Below, piece after piece: positions 1 to 10,594 of a stretch of DNA of 32,000 nt. Below the pieces are notes generated by a model that ran no database searches, was not told where the DNA came from, and saw only the letters and a list, made by a program, of their open reading frames with translations. Source of the DNA: Sulfitobacter sp. SK011 (GTDB taxonomy: Bacteria; Pseudomonadota; Alphaproteobacteria; Rhodobacterales; Rhodobacteraceae); assembly GCF_003352065.1 (NCBI RefSeq), contig NZ_CP025803.1, positions 1,683,574-1,715,573 of the forward strand, in the 5' to 3' direction. The position numbers and the translations under genes are program-made. The stretch's first letter is position 1, and each line of letters begins with the position of its first letter.

Positions 1-1
1 G

Positions 2-937
2 GTAAGCCGGGGGTCTGATGCAAATGCCAATCCCGGCATCGGCAACGCGCTGTTGCCTGCAGCGGACGAAGAGGGCGTGTATTACATAATTGAATCCGCC
101 CCGGTGGTCACTGGCGAAGAACTGGTCGACGCGCAGCCGTCCTTTGATCAGAATGGCGCACCTGCGGTAAATTTCCGGTTCAACACATCCGGTGCCCGCA
201 AATTTGGCGATTACACCGCCGACAACATTGGCGCGCCTTTTGCGATTGTGCTGGACGACGAAGTGATCAGCGCGCCGACCATTCAAAGCCATATCCCGGG
301 CGGTTCGGGCATCATCACCGGGCGTTTTTCGGTCGAGGAATCAACCAACCTCGCCGTGCTGCTGCGCGCTGGTGCACTGCCGGCCGGTCTTGAGTTTCTC
401 GAAGAACGCACCATTGGTCCGGAGTTGGGGCAAGACAGCATTGATGCGGGTAAGGTCGCCACGATGGTCGCCTTTGCTGCTGTGCTGTTCTTCATGTGGG
501 TCAGCTATGGTTTGTTTGGCATTTTCGCGAACATCGCGCTGATCGTGAACGTCGGTATCCTGTTTGGCATTCTCAGCATGATTGGGGCCACGCTAACCTT
601 GCCGGGCATTGCCGGTATCGTGTTGACCGTTGGGATGGCTGTGGATGCCAACGTGCTGATCTTTGAGCGTATCCGCGAGGAACTGAAAACCGCCAAAGGG
701 CCGGCACGGGCCATCGCCCTTGGCTATGAAAAAGCGTTGTCGGCCATTATCGACGCCAACATCACCACGCTGATTACGGCAGTTATTCTTTTTGCCATGG
801 GCTCTGGTCCGGTGCGCGGCTTTGCCATCACACTGGGGCTCGGCATCATCACATCCGTCTTTACGGCCATCTTTGTCACCCGCTTGATGGTGGTCATCTG
901 GTTCGAATGGCGGCGTCCAAAAACGATTGAGGTCTGA
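2..937 (+). CDS. secD: Protein translocase subunit SecD, C-terminal part (5' end lies left of the window)
   Basis: The reading frame is open from the window edge. The translation has the periplasmic domain followed by the SecD/SecF membrane domain (GIAGIVLTVGMAVDANVLIFERIREE). secF follows immediately. Confidence 0.9.
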   Translation, partial: VSRGSDANANPGIGNALLPAADEEGVYYIIESAPVVTGEELVDAQPSFDQNGAPAVNFRFNTSGARKFGDYTADNIGAPFAIVLDDEVISAPTIQSHIPGGSGIITGRFSVEESTNLAVLLRAGALPAGLEFLEERTIGPELGQDSIDAGKVATMVAFAAVLFFMWVSYGLFGIFANIALIVNVGILFGILSMIGATLTLPGIAGIVLTVGMAVDANVLIFERIREELKTAKGPARAIALGYEKALSAIIDANITTLITAVILFAMGSGPVRGFAITLGLGIITSVFTAIFVTRLMVVIWFEWRRPKTIEV

Positions 938-938
938 C

Positions 939-1907
939 ATGCGTTTGCGATTGTTTAAGGACGACACGAGCTTTGATTTCTTCAAACGCTGGAAGCTGTG
1001 GCTTGGTATTTCCGGGGTCATGATGCTCGTGGCCTTTGGGTCTTTCATGCTGCAAGGCCTGAATTTTGGCATCGATTTTCGCGGTGGCACGACCATTCGG
1101 TCAGAAAGCCCGCTGCCCGTTGATATCGGCGTCTATCGCGGCGCGATGGACGCGCTCGATCTGGGCGATATCACCATCACCGAAGTGTTCGACCCGTCAT
1201 TTCGTGACGACCAGAATGTCGCGATGATCCGCATACAGGCGCAGGATGAACAAGAGGCAGTGACAGTAGAAGTCATTGAGGCGGTTGAGGCCGCGTTGAA
1301 AGAGGTCCGCCCCTATATCAAGTTTATCTCGGTTGAATCTGTCGGCCCCAAGGTCTCTGGTGAATTGATCCAAACTGCTGTTATCGCGGTGGTTTTGGCA
1401 ATTGGTGCGGTCCTGATCTACATTTGGCTGCGCTTTGAATGGCAGTTTGCCGCGGGCGCAGTTCTGGCGCTGGTGCACGACGTTTTGCTGACCATCGGTA
1501 TCTTTTCCGAACTGCAGATCCGGTTCGATCTGGCCATCATCGCGGCCTTGCTGACCATTGTCGGGTACTCTTTGAACGACACGGTGGTGGTCTTTGACCG
1601 GGTCCGCGAAAACCTGCGCAAATACAAAAAACGCCCCCTGAACGAAGTGCTGAACCTCAGCATCAACGAGACGATGAGCCGGACATTCATGACCTCGTTC
1701 ACCACATTGCTGGCGCTGATCGCGCTTTTTGTGCTGGGCGGTGATGTGATCCGTGGGTTTGTTTTTGCGATGATCTGGGGTGTGATCGTCGGGACCTATT
1801 CGTCGATCTTTGTGGCCTCGGCGATCCTGCTGTATTTCGGCGTCAAACGCGACTGGACCAAGCAAGACCCCAACGCTGGCAATCAATACGCCAACATAGA
1901 TGCTTGA
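939..1907 (+). CDS. secF: Protein translocase subunit SecF
   Basis: SecF-type membrane domain (LNDTVVVFDRVRENL). The ATG at 939 lies 6 nt after GAGG (929-932) and 2 nt after the secD stop. The ORF track's TTG at 927 is an alternative start. Confidence 0.9.
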   Translation: MRLRLFKDDTSFDFFKRWKLWLGISGVMMLVAFGSFMLQGLNFGIDFRGGTTIRSESPLPVDIGVYRGAMDALDLGDITITEVFDPSFRDDQNVAMIRIQAQDEQEAVTVEVIEAVEAALKEVRPYIKFISVESVGPKVSGELIQTAVIAVVLAIGAVLIYIWLRFEWQFAAGAVLALVHDVLLTIGIFSELQIRFDLAIIAALLTIVGYSLNDTVVVFDRVRENLRKYKKRPLNEVLNLSINETMSRTFMTSFTTLLALIALFVLGGDVIRGFVFAMIWGVIVGTYSSIFVASAILLYFGVKRDWTKQDPNAGNQYANIDA

Positions 1908-2655
1908 TGCCATTCAGTCGGCCCTGTCCACGGACGGGCTGATCTGGTTGATTCTGGCGGTATTTATCGCAGGGCTGGTGCGCGGCTTTGCGGGTTTTGG
2001 CAGCGCGATGATCATCATGCCGGTTGCATCCTCCATCCTGTCACCAGTCGAGGCGGTGATTTTCCTGGTTGCCGCCGAAATGCTTGGTCCTTTGCCAAAT
2101 CTGCCTGCTGCATGGCGCGAAGGGCGGCCGCGTGACGTGGGCGTGCTGATGATCGGTGCGGTGATTGCCCTGCCTATTGGCCTTTTGTGCCTAAGCCTGA
2201 TCAACCCGCTGATTTTTGGCTGGATCATCTCAATCGCAGTGATTGTCTTGCTGTCCCTGACCGTCTCGGGCTGGCGGTACAAAGGCACGCTGTCGCGGGG
2301 TCTGACCATCGCGACGGGGGGATTGGGCGGCTTTATGACCGGGTTCGCGGGCATTCCCGGCCCGCCTGTCATTATGCTTTATATGGCCAGCCAACTGCCC
2401 ATCTGGGTGATCCGCGCGAATTTTCTGCTGTATTTGCTGGCGATTGATCTGGTGCTGTTTCCCGTGCTCTGGCTGTCGGGTTTGATGGTCTGGAAGATTG
2501 CATTGCTCGGATTGATGGTCGGTATACCCAATCTGATCGCCAATGTGATCGGGGCGCGGCTTTTTGACCCGCAAGCCGAACGGGTTTTTCGCAATGTGGC
2601 CTATGTCGTGATCGCCTCTTCGGCTATCATCGGCCTGCCATTGTGGAAAGGGTAA
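1900..2655 (+). CDS. TauE/SafE (TSUP, DUF81) family membrane permease
   Basis: 251-aa polytopic membrane protein with the N-terminal GxxxGxxGxG-like motif (AGLVRGFAGFGSAMI) and a second glycine-rich half-repeat (GGLGGFMTGFAGIPGPPV). The start overlaps the secF stop by 8 nt. Confidence 0.7.
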   Translation: MLDAIQSALSTDGLIWLILAVFIAGLVRGFAGFGSAMIIMPVASSILSPVEAVIFLVAAEMLGPLPNLPAAWREGRPRDVGVLMIGAVIALPIGLLCLSLINPLIFGWIISIAVIVLLSLTVSGWRYKGTLSRGLTIATGGLGGFMTGFAGIPGPPVIMLYMASQLPIWVIRANFLLYLLAIDLVLFPVLWLSGLMVWKIALLGLMVGIPNLIANVIGARLFDPQAERVFRNVAYVVIASSAIIGLPLWKG

Positions 2656-2658
2656 CCG

Positions 2659-3012
2659 ATGCGCCTGCATGAAATAGTATTCACAGATGCCAAGCCGGTT
2701 GATGGCTATGGTCCGGGGTTTTTCCGTATTGGCGGGCAGGTGATCAACGGGCCGGTGGTGGCGGGGCCGATGGGCACGCAAACATGGGGTGGGTTTGAGG
2801 ATGCCGAGATGCTGCTGGAGTTGGCGGAGCATATAGATGTGCTTTTTGTCGGCACCGGCGCAGATATCGCGCATCTGCCAGATGCCTTACACCAAAGACT
2901 GACCGAGGCTGGTATCGCCGCTGAGACCATGTCATCACCTGCCGCCTGTCGCACCTATAATGTCCTGCTCAGCGAAGGCCGCCGGATTGCGCTGGCTGTC
3001 CTGCCGGTTTGA
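2659..3012 (+). CDS. Mth938-like (DUF498 / NDUFAF3-like) domain protein
   Basis: 117 aa. The pattern GYGPGFFRIGG...HIDVLFVGTGADI...ETMSSPAACRTYNVLLSEGRRIALAVLP matches what I recall of the Mth938 family. Confidence 0.6.
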   Translation: MRLHEIVFTDAKPVDGYGPGFFRIGGQVINGPVVAGPMGTQTWGGFEDAEMLLELAEHIDVLFVGTGADIAHLPDALHQRLTEAGIAAETMSSPAACRTYNVLLSEGRRIALAVLPV

Positions 3013-3075
3013 GCACTCGCGTTGACGCCGCAATGAACGCTTTTGGCCTGCGCTGCGATGCGATACTGCTGACCC

Positions 3076-3693
3076 ATGATATTGCGCGTTGAAAATCTGA
3101 CCCTCGCGCGGGGGGGCATTCCTGTTTTGACGGGGCTGGGGTTTGAGCTGGCCCCCGGCACAGCGCTGATTGTACGTGGGCCAAACGGGGCGGGTAAAAC
3201 GACGTTGCTGCGCACGATTGCCGGTCTGCAAGCCAGCCTGACCGGGCAGATCACCGGCGCGCAGGATCAGATCGCCTATGCCGGTCATGCCGATGGGCTC
3301 AAGGCGATGCTGAGTGTGACAGAGAACCTCAGCTTTTGGGCGGCCGTCTTTGGCCAAGGTCGCATTGATGCTGCCCTGGACGCTTATGCGCTGCGGCCGC
3401 TGGCTGACCGATTGGCCGGGACATTGTCGGCAGGCCAAAAGCGACGTCTGGGTCTGGCGCGATTATTGGTGACAGGGCGGTCCATTTGGGTGCTGGACGA
3501 GCCAACAGTTTCCTTGGATGCCGAGGCCACGCGTATGTTTGCAGACGCGGTGCGCGCCCATTTGGGACAGGGGGGATCGGCCCTTATTGCCACACATATT
3601 GATCTGGGGCTTGAGGCCGAGGTGCTGGATGTCACCGCCTACCGGGCCACGCACAGAACCCGCGCCGGCGCAAGCGACGAGGCATTTTTGTGA
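3076..3693 (+). CDS. ccmA: Heme exporter ATP-binding protein CcmA
   Basis: Walker [13 protein letters not shown] signature LSAGQKRR and Walker B IWVLDEP. It heads the ccmBCDG genes. Confidence 0.9.
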   Translation: MILRVENLTLARGGIPVLTGLGFELAPGTALIVRGPNGAGKTTLLRTIAGLQASLTGQITGAQDQIAYAGHADGLKAMLSVTENLSFWAAVFGQGRIDAALDAYALRPLADRLAGTLSAGQKRRLGLARLLVTGRSIWVLDEPTVSLDAEATRMFADAVRAHLGQGGSALIATHIDLGLEAEVLDVTAYRATHRTRAGASDEAFL

Positions 3694-4346
3694 TTGCCTT
3701 GCTGATACGCGACCTGCGGCTGGCATTCCGTGCGGGCGGCGGCTTTGGCCTTGGGCTGGCGTTTTTCCTCATTGTCACGGTGCTGGTGCCGTTCAGCGTA
3801 GGACCGCAGGCGGCCTTGCTGGGCACCATCGCGCCAGGTGTTTTGTGGCTTGGCGCGCTCTTGGCGTGCCTTTTGTCGCTCGACCGGTTGCTGGCGTTGG
3901 ATTACGAGGATGGCACCCTTGATTTGCTGGTCACAGCACCGCTGCCGCTGGAGGCGGCGGTCAGCATCAAGGCCTTGGCCCATTGGCTGACCACCGGGTT
4001 GCCGTTGGTTCTGGCGGCACCGGTGCTGGGTATATTGCTGAACCTTCCGACAACCGGTTATGGCTGGCTGGTGCTGTCCTTGGCGCTTGGCACCCCGGCG
4101 CTGTCGGTGATCGGCACCTTCGGTGCGGCCCTCACCGTGGGTATCAAACGCGGTGGATTGCTGATGTCGCTGCTGGTGCTGCCGCTCTATGTGCCGACGT
4201 TGATTTTCGGCGCAGAGGCCGCGCGCCAAGGTGCCGCTGGTCTGGACGCGAGCACCCCAATGTTGATGCTTGCGGGGATCACCTTTGCCACCATCGCGCT
4301 GATGCCTTTTGCCTCTGCTGCAGTGTTGCGGATGGGCCTGAGATGA
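3690..4346 (+). CDS. ccmB: Heme exporter membrane protein CcmB
   Basis: 218-aa polytopic protein with a 4-nt overlap with ccmA. Position and length are typical of CcmB. Confidence 0.88.
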   Translation: MIALLIRDLRLAFRAGGGFGLGLAFFLIVTVLVPFSVGPQAALLGTIAPGVLWLGALLACLLSLDRLLALDYEDGTLDLLVTAPLPLEAAVSIKALAHWLTTGLPLVLAAPVLGILLNLPTTGYGWLVLSLALGTPALSVIGTFGAALTVGIKRGGLLMSLLVLPLYVPTLIFGAEAARQGAAGLDASTPMLMLAGITFATIALMPFASAAVLRMGLR

Positions 4347-4398
4347 GCGCGGCCATTTGTCCATTGAGCGTGGCGCGCCAGAGAGGTAGATAAGCGCC

Positions 4399-5133
4399 AT
4401 GTCCCTTTGGCAATATGCAAATCCGGTCAAGTTTCTGGCGCTGAGCGCGCGGGTGCAGCCCTATGTCTGGGCGGCGGCGGTGATCTGCGTGGCCGTGGGG
4501 TTGATCTGGGGTTTCTTCGGAACGCCCGAAGATGCCAGACAAGGGTCCACGGTCAAGATTATCTATCTGCATGTGCCTGCCGCCCTGATGGCGATCAATG
4601 CGTGGTTCATGATGCTGATTGCCTCGCTGATCTGGCTGATCCGGCGTCACCACGTGAGTGCGCTGGCGGCCAAGGCCGCGGCACCCGTCGGCATCGTGAT
4701 GACGTTGATCGCGCTTATCACGGGTGCAATCTGGGGCCAGCCGATGTGGGGCACATGGTGGGCGTGGGACCCGCGACTGACCTCATTTCTGATCCTGTTT
4801 CTGTTTTATCTGGGCTACATCGCCCTTTGGGAAGCGGTTGAGGACCCCGACACTGCCGCGGACCTCACGTCGGTTCTGTGCCTTGTCGGATCGGTCTTTG
4901 CGGTGCTGTCGCGCTATGCGGTCAAATTCTGGAACCAAGGGCTTCATCAGGGGACATCGGTGCCGGTGGCCACAGGCGGGCGCACGGTGGCAGATGTATT
5001 TTTCTATCCCCTGCTGGTCAGCATGGTGGGCTTTGGATTGTTGTTTGTGGCACTGGTGATTTACCGCACCGGAACCGAAATACGTTTGCGCCGGGCGGCG
5101 GCTTTGCTGGCGCGGGCGGGCAGGGAGGTATGA
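4399..5133 (+). CDS. ccmC: Heme exporter protein CcmC
   Basis: Tryptophan-rich heme-handling motif WGTWWAWDPRLTS, plus its position in the ccm operon. Confidence 0.9.
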   Translation: MSLWQYANPVKFLALSARVQPYVWAAAVICVAVGLIWGFFGTPEDARQGSTVKIIYLHVPAALMAINAWFMMLIASLIWLIRRHHVSALAAKAAAPVGIVMTLIALITGAIWGQPMWGTWWAWDPRLTSFLILFLFYLGYIALWEAVEDPDTAADLTSVLCLVGSVFAVLSRYAVKFWNQGLHQGTSVPVATGGRTVADVFFYPLLVSMVGFGLLFVALVIYRTGTEIRLRRAAALLARAGREV

Positions 5134-5288
5134 TGCCGGAGCTGGGAAAATATGCGTTTGAGGTGTTGTCGGCCTATGCCGCCTCGCTTGCACTTTTGGG
5201 ACTTTTGGTTGTCATGACATTGCGCCGGGGCAAAGCCGCGCAGGCGGCCCTTGCGCGCGCAGAGGCGGAGGCAAAGGCAAATGGCTAA
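5130..5288 (+). CDS. ccmD: Heme exporter protein CcmD (52 aa)
   Basis: The ATG at 5130 overlaps the ccmC stop (ATGA). The product is a single-TM peptide, MMPELGKYAFEVLSAYAASLALLGLLVVMTLRRGK. This ORF is only the tail of the longer track ORF 4878-5288. Confidence 0.75.
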   Translation: MMPELGKYAFEVLSAYAASLALLGLLVVMTLRRGKAAQAALARAEAEAKANG

Positions 5289-5820
5289 AATCCGGCCACT
5301 GATGATCGCCCCGCCCGTGATCTTTGCCGCATTCGTGGCCCTCGCGGCAATGGGCATGTTTCGCGACGACCCTGAAGGGTTGCCCTCAACGCTGGTGGGG
5401 CAGGCGGCACCGGCATTGCCCAATGCGCCCCTTTCCAATTTTTCAGCCCCCGCACCGGACGCCCTGACCTCAGGCGAGGTAACATTGGTGAATTTCTGGG
5501 CCAGCTGGTGTCCACCTTGCCGCGCTGAACACCCCAAACTGCTGCAAATGCAGGCCGAGGGGATTGCCATCGTTGGCGTGAATTTCAAAGACACCGAAAG
5601 TGCCGCCACGAAATACCTGCGCGATGATGGCAATCCGTTTGCCGCCGTGGGATTTGACCCGCAAGGGCGTACCGCGATCGACTGGGGCGTCACCGCCCCG
5701 CCAGAGACTTTTATCGTGGGGGCAGATGGTACTGTTTTGTTCCGCTACGCCGGACCTTTGGTAGGCAGCGACTATGAACAGCGGTTTCTACCCGAATTGA
5801 CCAAAGCCCTGGAGCAATAA
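5281..5820 (+). CDS. ccmG: Thiol:disulfide oxidoreductase CcmG/DsbE
   Basis: Signal anchor followed by a thioredoxin fold with WCPPC. The ATG at 5281 overlaps the ccmD stop. The track start at 5251 is probably upstream of the true start. Confidence 0.85.
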   Translation: MAKIRPLMIAPPVIFAAFVALAAMGMFRDDPEGLPSTLVGQAAPALPNAPLSNFSAPAPDALTSGEVTLVNFWASWCPPCRAEHPKLLQMQAEGIAIVGVNFKDTESAATKYLRDDGNPFAAVGFDPQGRTAIDWGVTAPPETFIVGADGTVLFRYAGPLVGSDYEQRFLPELTKALEQ

Positions 5821-5823
5821 AAA

Positions 5824-5850
5824 AAGGCCCCGAAGTATCCTCGGGGCCTT
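5824..5850. terminator. Bidirectional rho-independent terminator between ccmG and acnA
   Basis: Perfect 10-bp stem AAGGCCCCGA / TCGGGGCCTT with a 7-nt loop. It has an A-run on one side and a T-rich tract on the other, and sits between convergent genes. Confidence 0.7.
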
Positions 5851-5872
5851 TGTTATTTCAAACTGCACAGAC

Positions 5873-8662
5873 CTACTCCGCAGCGATGGCACCGCCTTTG
5901 GCCAGATCGCGCAGCACATAATGCAGCACACCGCCATGTTCGATATATTCAATCTCGATCGCGGTATCGATGCGGCATTTGATGGTGATCTCTTTGACCG
6001 ACCCGTCCGCCATGGTGATTGTGCAGGGCACTTCCTGCAGCGGCTTGATCGTATCCAGACCAGAGATCGACACCGTTTCCTCACCAGTCAGGCCCAGCGT
6101 TTTGCGGGTGTCGCCGCCGGTGAACTCAAACGGGATTACGCCCATCCCAACAAGGTTGGAACGGTGGATGCGCTCAAAGTTCTCGGCAATCACGGCCTTG
6201 ACCCCCAGCAGCGCCGTGCCTTTGGCCGCCCAGTCACGCGATGATCCGGCACCGTATTGTTCACCGCCAAAGATGACCAGCGGTGTGCTGGCATCCTGAT
6301 AGGCCATCGCCGCCTCAAAGATCGAGGTCTGTTTGCCATCGGGGCCGCGAGTATAGCCGCCCTCGACACCATCCAGCATTTCATTCTTGATGCGGATGTT
6401 GGCAAAGGTGCCGCGCATCATCACTTCGTGGTTGCCACGGCGCGACCCATACGAGTTGAATTCACGCACCGGCACCTGCCGTTCAACCAGATACTGACCG
6501 GCGGGCGTGCTTTCCTTGAACGATCCCGCAGGCGAGATGTGGTCGGTGGTGATCATGTCACCCAAGAGCGCCAGCACCTTGGCCCCTTCTATGTTGGTGA
6601 TCACACCGGGGTCCTTGCTCATCCCCTGGAAATAGGGCGGGTTCTGAACATAGGTGGACTGTGGCGGCCAATCGTAGGTCTGGCTGTCCGTGGTCTCAAC
6701 CGCCTGCCATTTGTCATCGCCCTTGAACACATCGGCGTATTTGGTCTGGAACGCCTCGCGGGTGACGGTTTGTTGCACCAGATCGGCAACTTCTTTGGAG
6801 GTCGGCCAGATGTCCTTGAGATAGACGTCGTTGCCGTCCTGATCCTGACCCAAAGGCGCACCCGTGAGGTCGTGATTCATATCCCCGACCAGCGCATAGG
6901 CGACAACCAGCGGCGGTGACGCAAGGTAGTTGGCGCGCACGTCCGGGCTGATCCGGCCTTCAAAATTGCGGTTCCCGGACAGCACCGAGGTGCCGATCAG
7001 ATCATAGTCGTTGATGGCCTTGCTGATCGCCGGTTCCAGCGGGCCAGAGTTACCGATGCAGGTTGTGCAGCCATATCCAACAAGGTTGAACCCGATGGCA
7101 TCAAGATCCTCTTGCAGACCAGCAGCCTCAAGGTAATGCGAAACAACCTGTGATCCCGGTGCCAGTGAGGTTTTGACCCAAGGTTTGCGGGTCAGGCCAA
7201 GCGCGCGGGCTTTGCGCGCCACAAGGCCGGCCCCGATCATCACGTAAGGGTTCGACGTATTGGTGCAGGACGTGATTGACGCAATCACGATTGAACCGTC
7301 GTGCAATTGGTAATTGCCGTCCTCAGTCGCGACATAGCCGCGCTTATGGTTGCCCTCGTCGCCGGGAATATCGCGCGGCTCTGGCTGTCCGCCTTCACCT
7401 TCCCAAGTGATTTCCTGCGCCGCGGAGGCGTCTTTGCCGGTCCGGACGCCTTTGACGTATTTGGCAAAGGCCGTATGTGCAGTGTCGAGCGCGATATAAT
7501 CCTGTGGCCTTTTGGGGCCAGAGATCGCCGGGACGATGGTGCCCATATCGAGGTTCAGCGTATCGGTATAGATCGGCGCGTAATCGTCGTCGCGCCACAG
7601 ACCATTTGCCTTTGCATAGGCTTCAACCAACGCGATACGGTCCTTTTCACGTCCCGTTGTGGTCAGATACCGCAGAGTTTCCTTGTCGATCGGGAAAAAG
7701 CCACAGGTGGCCCCATATTCGGGGGCCATATTGGCAATTGTTGCACGGTCCGCCAGCGGCAGCGTGTCCAGACCGGCACCGTAGAATTCGACGAACTTGC
7801 CAACAACACCCTTTTCGCGCAGCATTTCAACAACCTTGAGCACAAGGTCGGTGCCGGTGGTGCCTTCCTTCATCTCGCCTGTCAGCTCAAACCCGACAAC
7901 TTCGGGGATCAACATGGAAATGGGCTGACCCAGCATCGCGGCTTCGGCCTCGATCCCGCCGACGCCCCAGCCGAGAACGGCGGCACCGTTGACCATTGTC
8001 GTGTGGCTGTCTGTACCGACCAGTGTGTCAGGATAGGCAACCATTTCGCCGTTCTGGTCCTTGTCCGACCACACCGTCTGGCTCAGATATTCAAGGTTCA
8101 CCTGATGGCAGATGCCTGTCCCGGGGGGTACAACGCGGAAGTTGTTAAACGCTTTTTGTCCCCATTTGAGGAACGTATAGCGCTCGATGTTGCGTTCATA
8201 TTCGCGGTCCACATTCATCTGAAACGCGCGCGGATTGCCAAATTCATCAATCATGACAGAGTGGTCAATGACCAGATCAACAGGGTTCAGCGGGTTGATC
8301 TTTTCGGGATCGCCACCCAATGCAACCAGCCCGTCGCGCATCGCGGCCAGATCAACGACCGCTGGAACACCTGTGAAATCCTGCATCAGAACGCGGGCAG
8401 GGCGGTAGGCAATCTCGCGCGGGTTCTTGCCCCCCTTGGCTGCCCATTCGGCAAAAGCCTTGATGTCGTCCACGGTAACCGTCTTTCCATCCTCAAACCG
8501 CAACATATTTTCAAGCACAACCTTGAGCGCGGCAGGCAGTTTGGAAAAATCACCCAATCCGGCTTCCTCTGCGGCAGGTATCGAATAATACGCGATCTTC
8601 TGATCGCCTGCGGTGAGTGTCTTGCGGGTTTTGGCGGTGTCCTGACCAACTTGGATCGTCAT
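5873..8662 (-). CDS. acnA: Aconitate hydratase A
   Basis: 929-aa ORF with aconitase family motifs, including the Fe-S ligand regions (IASITSCTNTSNP, GYGCTTCIGNSG) and the C-terminal swivel domain. Confidence 0.95.
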   Translation of the reverse strand: MTIQVGQDTAKTRKTLTAGDQKIAYYSIPAAEEAGLGDFSKLPAALKVVLENMLRFEDGKTVTVDDIKAFAEWAAKGGKNPREIAYRPARVLMQDFTGVPAVVDLAAMRDGLVALGGDPEKINPLNPVDLVIDHSVMIDEFGNPRAFQMNVDREYERNIERYTFLKWGQKAFNNFRVVPPGTGICHQVNLEYLSQTVWSDKDQNGEMVAYPDTLVGTDSHTTMVNGAAVLGWGVGGIEAEAAMLGQPISMLIPEVVGFELTGEMKEGTTGTDLVLKVVEMLREKGVVGKFVEFYGAGLDTLPLADRATIANMAPEYGATCGFFPIDKETLRYLTTTGREKDRIALVEAYAKANGLWRDDDYAPIYTDTLNLDMGTIVPAISGPKRPQDYIALDTAHTAFAKYVKGVRTGKDASAAQEITWEGEGGQPEPRDIPGDEGNHKRGYVATEDGNYQLHDGSIVIASITSCTNTSNPYVMIGAGLVARKARALGLTRKPWVKTSLAPGSQVVSHYLEAAGLQEDLDAIGFNLVGYGCTTCIGNSGPLEPAISKAINDYDLIGTSVLSGNRNFEGRISPDVRANYLASPPLVVAYALVGDMNHDLTGAPLGQDQDGNDVYLKDIWPTSKEVADLVQQTVTREAFQTKYADVFKGDDKWQAVETTDSQTYDWPPQSTYVQNPPYFQGMSKDPGVITNIEGAKVLALLGDMITTDHISPAGSFKESTPAGQYLVERQVPVREFNSYGSRRGNHEVMMRGTFANIRIKNEMLDGVEGGYTRGPDGKQTSIFEAAMAYQDASTPLVIFGGEQYGAGSSRDWAAKGTALLGVKAVIAENFERIHRSNLVGMGVIPFEFTGGDTRKTLGLTGEETVSISGLDTIKPLQEVPCTITMADGSVKEITIKCRIDTAIEIEYIEHGGVLHYVLRDLAKGGAIAAE

Positions 8663-8888
8663 GGAGTGGCTCCTTGCATTGGTGATGGGTGGCAGTTGCT
8701 TGATGCGTAGATGCCATTATGGCCACCGCTATTCAACTGCTATTCAGTCAATATCACTCCCAATGTATACCATTGTGTACCGAATTTGAAGCAAAGTCCC
8801 TCATCAAGGTCTCAAGAAACGTTGATTGGTCATTACAAAGATTGAAGGTTAGGCATGAAGGACGTTGAACAGCAATCATTGGAATCAC

Positions 8889-9590
8889 ATGAAAATCGCC
8901 GCACTTGCCCTTGCCGCCATTACAGCCCTGAACATTGGGACACCGCTTGTCGCGCAAAATTATCCGGTGGTTGTTGAACTTTATACGTCTCAGGGATGTT
9001 CGTCATGTCCGGCTGCGGATGCGCTTTTGCATGAACTGGCCGACCGCGATGATGTCATCGCCCTGGCGTTGCACGTGGATTATTGGGACTACATCGGGTG
9101 GACAGACGAATTTGGCGATCCGGCCCATGCCGATCGCCAGCGCGCCTATGCCAATGCCGCACAGCGCCGGTCGATTTACACGCCCGAGATGGTGGTGCAG
9201 GGGCAAACCGATATCGTCGGGGCGAAAGCAATGGCGCTGTCCAAAGCAATTTCGCACCATGCCCAGGAAACGCCGCGCGTCGGGCTGGATATTTCGCGCG
9301 ATGGTACGAACCTGAATATTGCGGCCCAAATGCTCGGGGTCGTGAAGGGGCCGATGATCGTGCAAATGCTGCGCTATACGCCGCGACGGGTGACAGAGAT
9401 CAAGCGTGGTGAAAACGCTGGCAAAACCATTGAATATGCCAATATCGTTGAAGGCTGGCAGGTTCTGGGTACCTGGGATGGGGAAACACCGCTGGCGATG
9501 GCCGCTGCTGCGCCGGGCGACAAACCTGCGGTGGTCATCATTCAGGCACAAGGCGCAGGCCCTATTTTGGCGGCCGCCCGGCTGAGATAG
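8889..9590 (+). CDS. DUF1223 family secreted thioredoxin-like protein
   Basis: Signal peptide MKIAALALAAITALNIGTPLVAQ, then VVELYTSQGCSSCPAADALL...HVDYWDYIGWTDEF, which is typical of DUF1223. The start is placed at the ATG that begins the signal peptide. Confidence 0.75.
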   Translation: MKIAALALAAITALNIGTPLVAQNYPVVVELYTSQGCSSCPAADALLHELADRDDVIALALHVDYWDYIGWTDEFGDPAHADRQRAYANAAQRRSIYTPEMVVQGQTDIVGAKAMALSKAISHHAQETPRVGLDISRDGTNLNIAAQMLGVVKGPMIVQMLRYTPRRVTEIKRGENAGKTIEYANIVEGWQVLGTWDGETPLAMAAAAPGDKPAVVIIQAQGAGPILAAARLR

Positions 9591-9623
9591 CGCAGCGGTT
9601 CCAAAATTGGGGTGCGATTCCCG

Positions 9624-10523
9624 TTAGGGTTCGTGGCTGCGCCAGCGACGATGGACCCAGAACCATTGATCGGGATGTGCGCTGATCCGCGATGACAGGC
9701 TGTCATTGAGGGCCTGGGTCATGGTTGTCGCATCCGAATGCGGCACCGGGCTTTCCAGAATACAGTCAAAGTTCAGCCCATCAGGTTTCCGGATGCTGTA
9801 AAACGGGATCAGCAGGGCGTTATAGCGCAAAGCAAGCTCTGCCGCTGAGGGGGCGGTGCGTGCCGGTTCCCCCATGAAATCCAGGATCGGAGCAAACTGA
9901 ACGTGCTGATCAAATAGCAACACCAGTTGGCCACCATCTTTGAGGTGGCGCACAAACCCGGCAGTGCCCTTGCGCCCCTGCGGAAAAACCGGGCCACCAA
10001 AACGCTCCATTGTTTTGACGTAATGGGCATTGAAATACGGGTTTTTCATATCGCGGTAGAGGCCGCCAATATCAAAACCACGGGCAACCAAGGCAGCACG
10101 TGTTGCCTCGTAATTCCCGAAATGGCCAGTGACAAGGATCACGGGCTGCCCCTTGGCCGCCGCTTTTTCCAGCGCGTCAAAGCCCGGTCCCTGCGGTGTG
10201 TTCTTAGCCATCCTTTTCGGAAAATCATGGGCCGAATAGTTCTCAATGAAGGTGCGACCAACATTGTTGAGGCACCGCGATGCAATGGCGCGCCGTTCCG
10301 CTGTGGGCATCTCTGGCCAGATCAGGTCGAGATTGATCAAAGCGCGTCTGCGGTATCCGGCCACCGGGCCAAGTATATGCTGGACCAGCCAGCCGACCGC
10401 ACGGACCCGCGGAGCATAGGGCAGCATCAGCGCAAGTCGGATCACGCCCACAATCAACGCATTGCTCAGATAATGGCCGGTCTTGCGCGTCAGACTGGCG
10501 GATGGGACGGTTGGGTGCGACAT
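9624..10523 (-). CDS. Lysophospholipid / lipid A biosynthesis (LpxL/HtrB-type) acyltransferase
   Basis: N-terminal anchor, an HX4D/E-type motif (TGHFGNYE) and the C-terminal PDQWFWVHRRWR tail characteristic of the lauroyl acyltransferase family. Confidence 0.75.
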   Translation of the reverse strand: MSHPTVPSASLTRKTGHYLSNALIVGVIRLALMLPYAPRVRAVGWLVQHILGPVAGYRRRALINLDLIWPEMPTAERRAIASRCLNNVGRTFIENYSAHDFPKRMAKNTPQGPGFDALEKAAAKGQPVILVTGHFGNYEATRAALVARGFDIGGLYRDMKNPYFNAHYVKTMERFGGPVFPQGRKGTAGFVRHLKDGGQLVLLFDQHVQFAPILDFMGEPARTAPSAAELALRYNALLIPFYSIRKPDGLNFDCILESPVPHSDATTMTQALNDSLSSRISAHPDQWFWVHRRWRSHEP

Positions 10524-10594
10524 AAGCCTCGACGGGGAAAACAGATGGCGCAGACATATCCGCTGTCTTGGCGCTCAACAAGGCGCTGCCGACC

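Noticed and set aside
3639-4430. 263-aa minus-strand ORF opposite ccmB/ccmC. Similar antisense ORFs lie at 593-1096, 1197-1913, 2230-2874 and 5061-5693.
   Set aside because: These are antisense to confidently identified membrane or ccm genes and have a low-complexity Arg/Gln/His-rich translation.
7301-8710. 469-aa plus-strand ORF, with other long ORFs, opposite acnA
   Set aside because: It lies entirely antisense to a 929-aa aconitase gene with unmistakable motifs. The composition is Arg/Gly/His-rich with no domains, so it is a shadow ORF.
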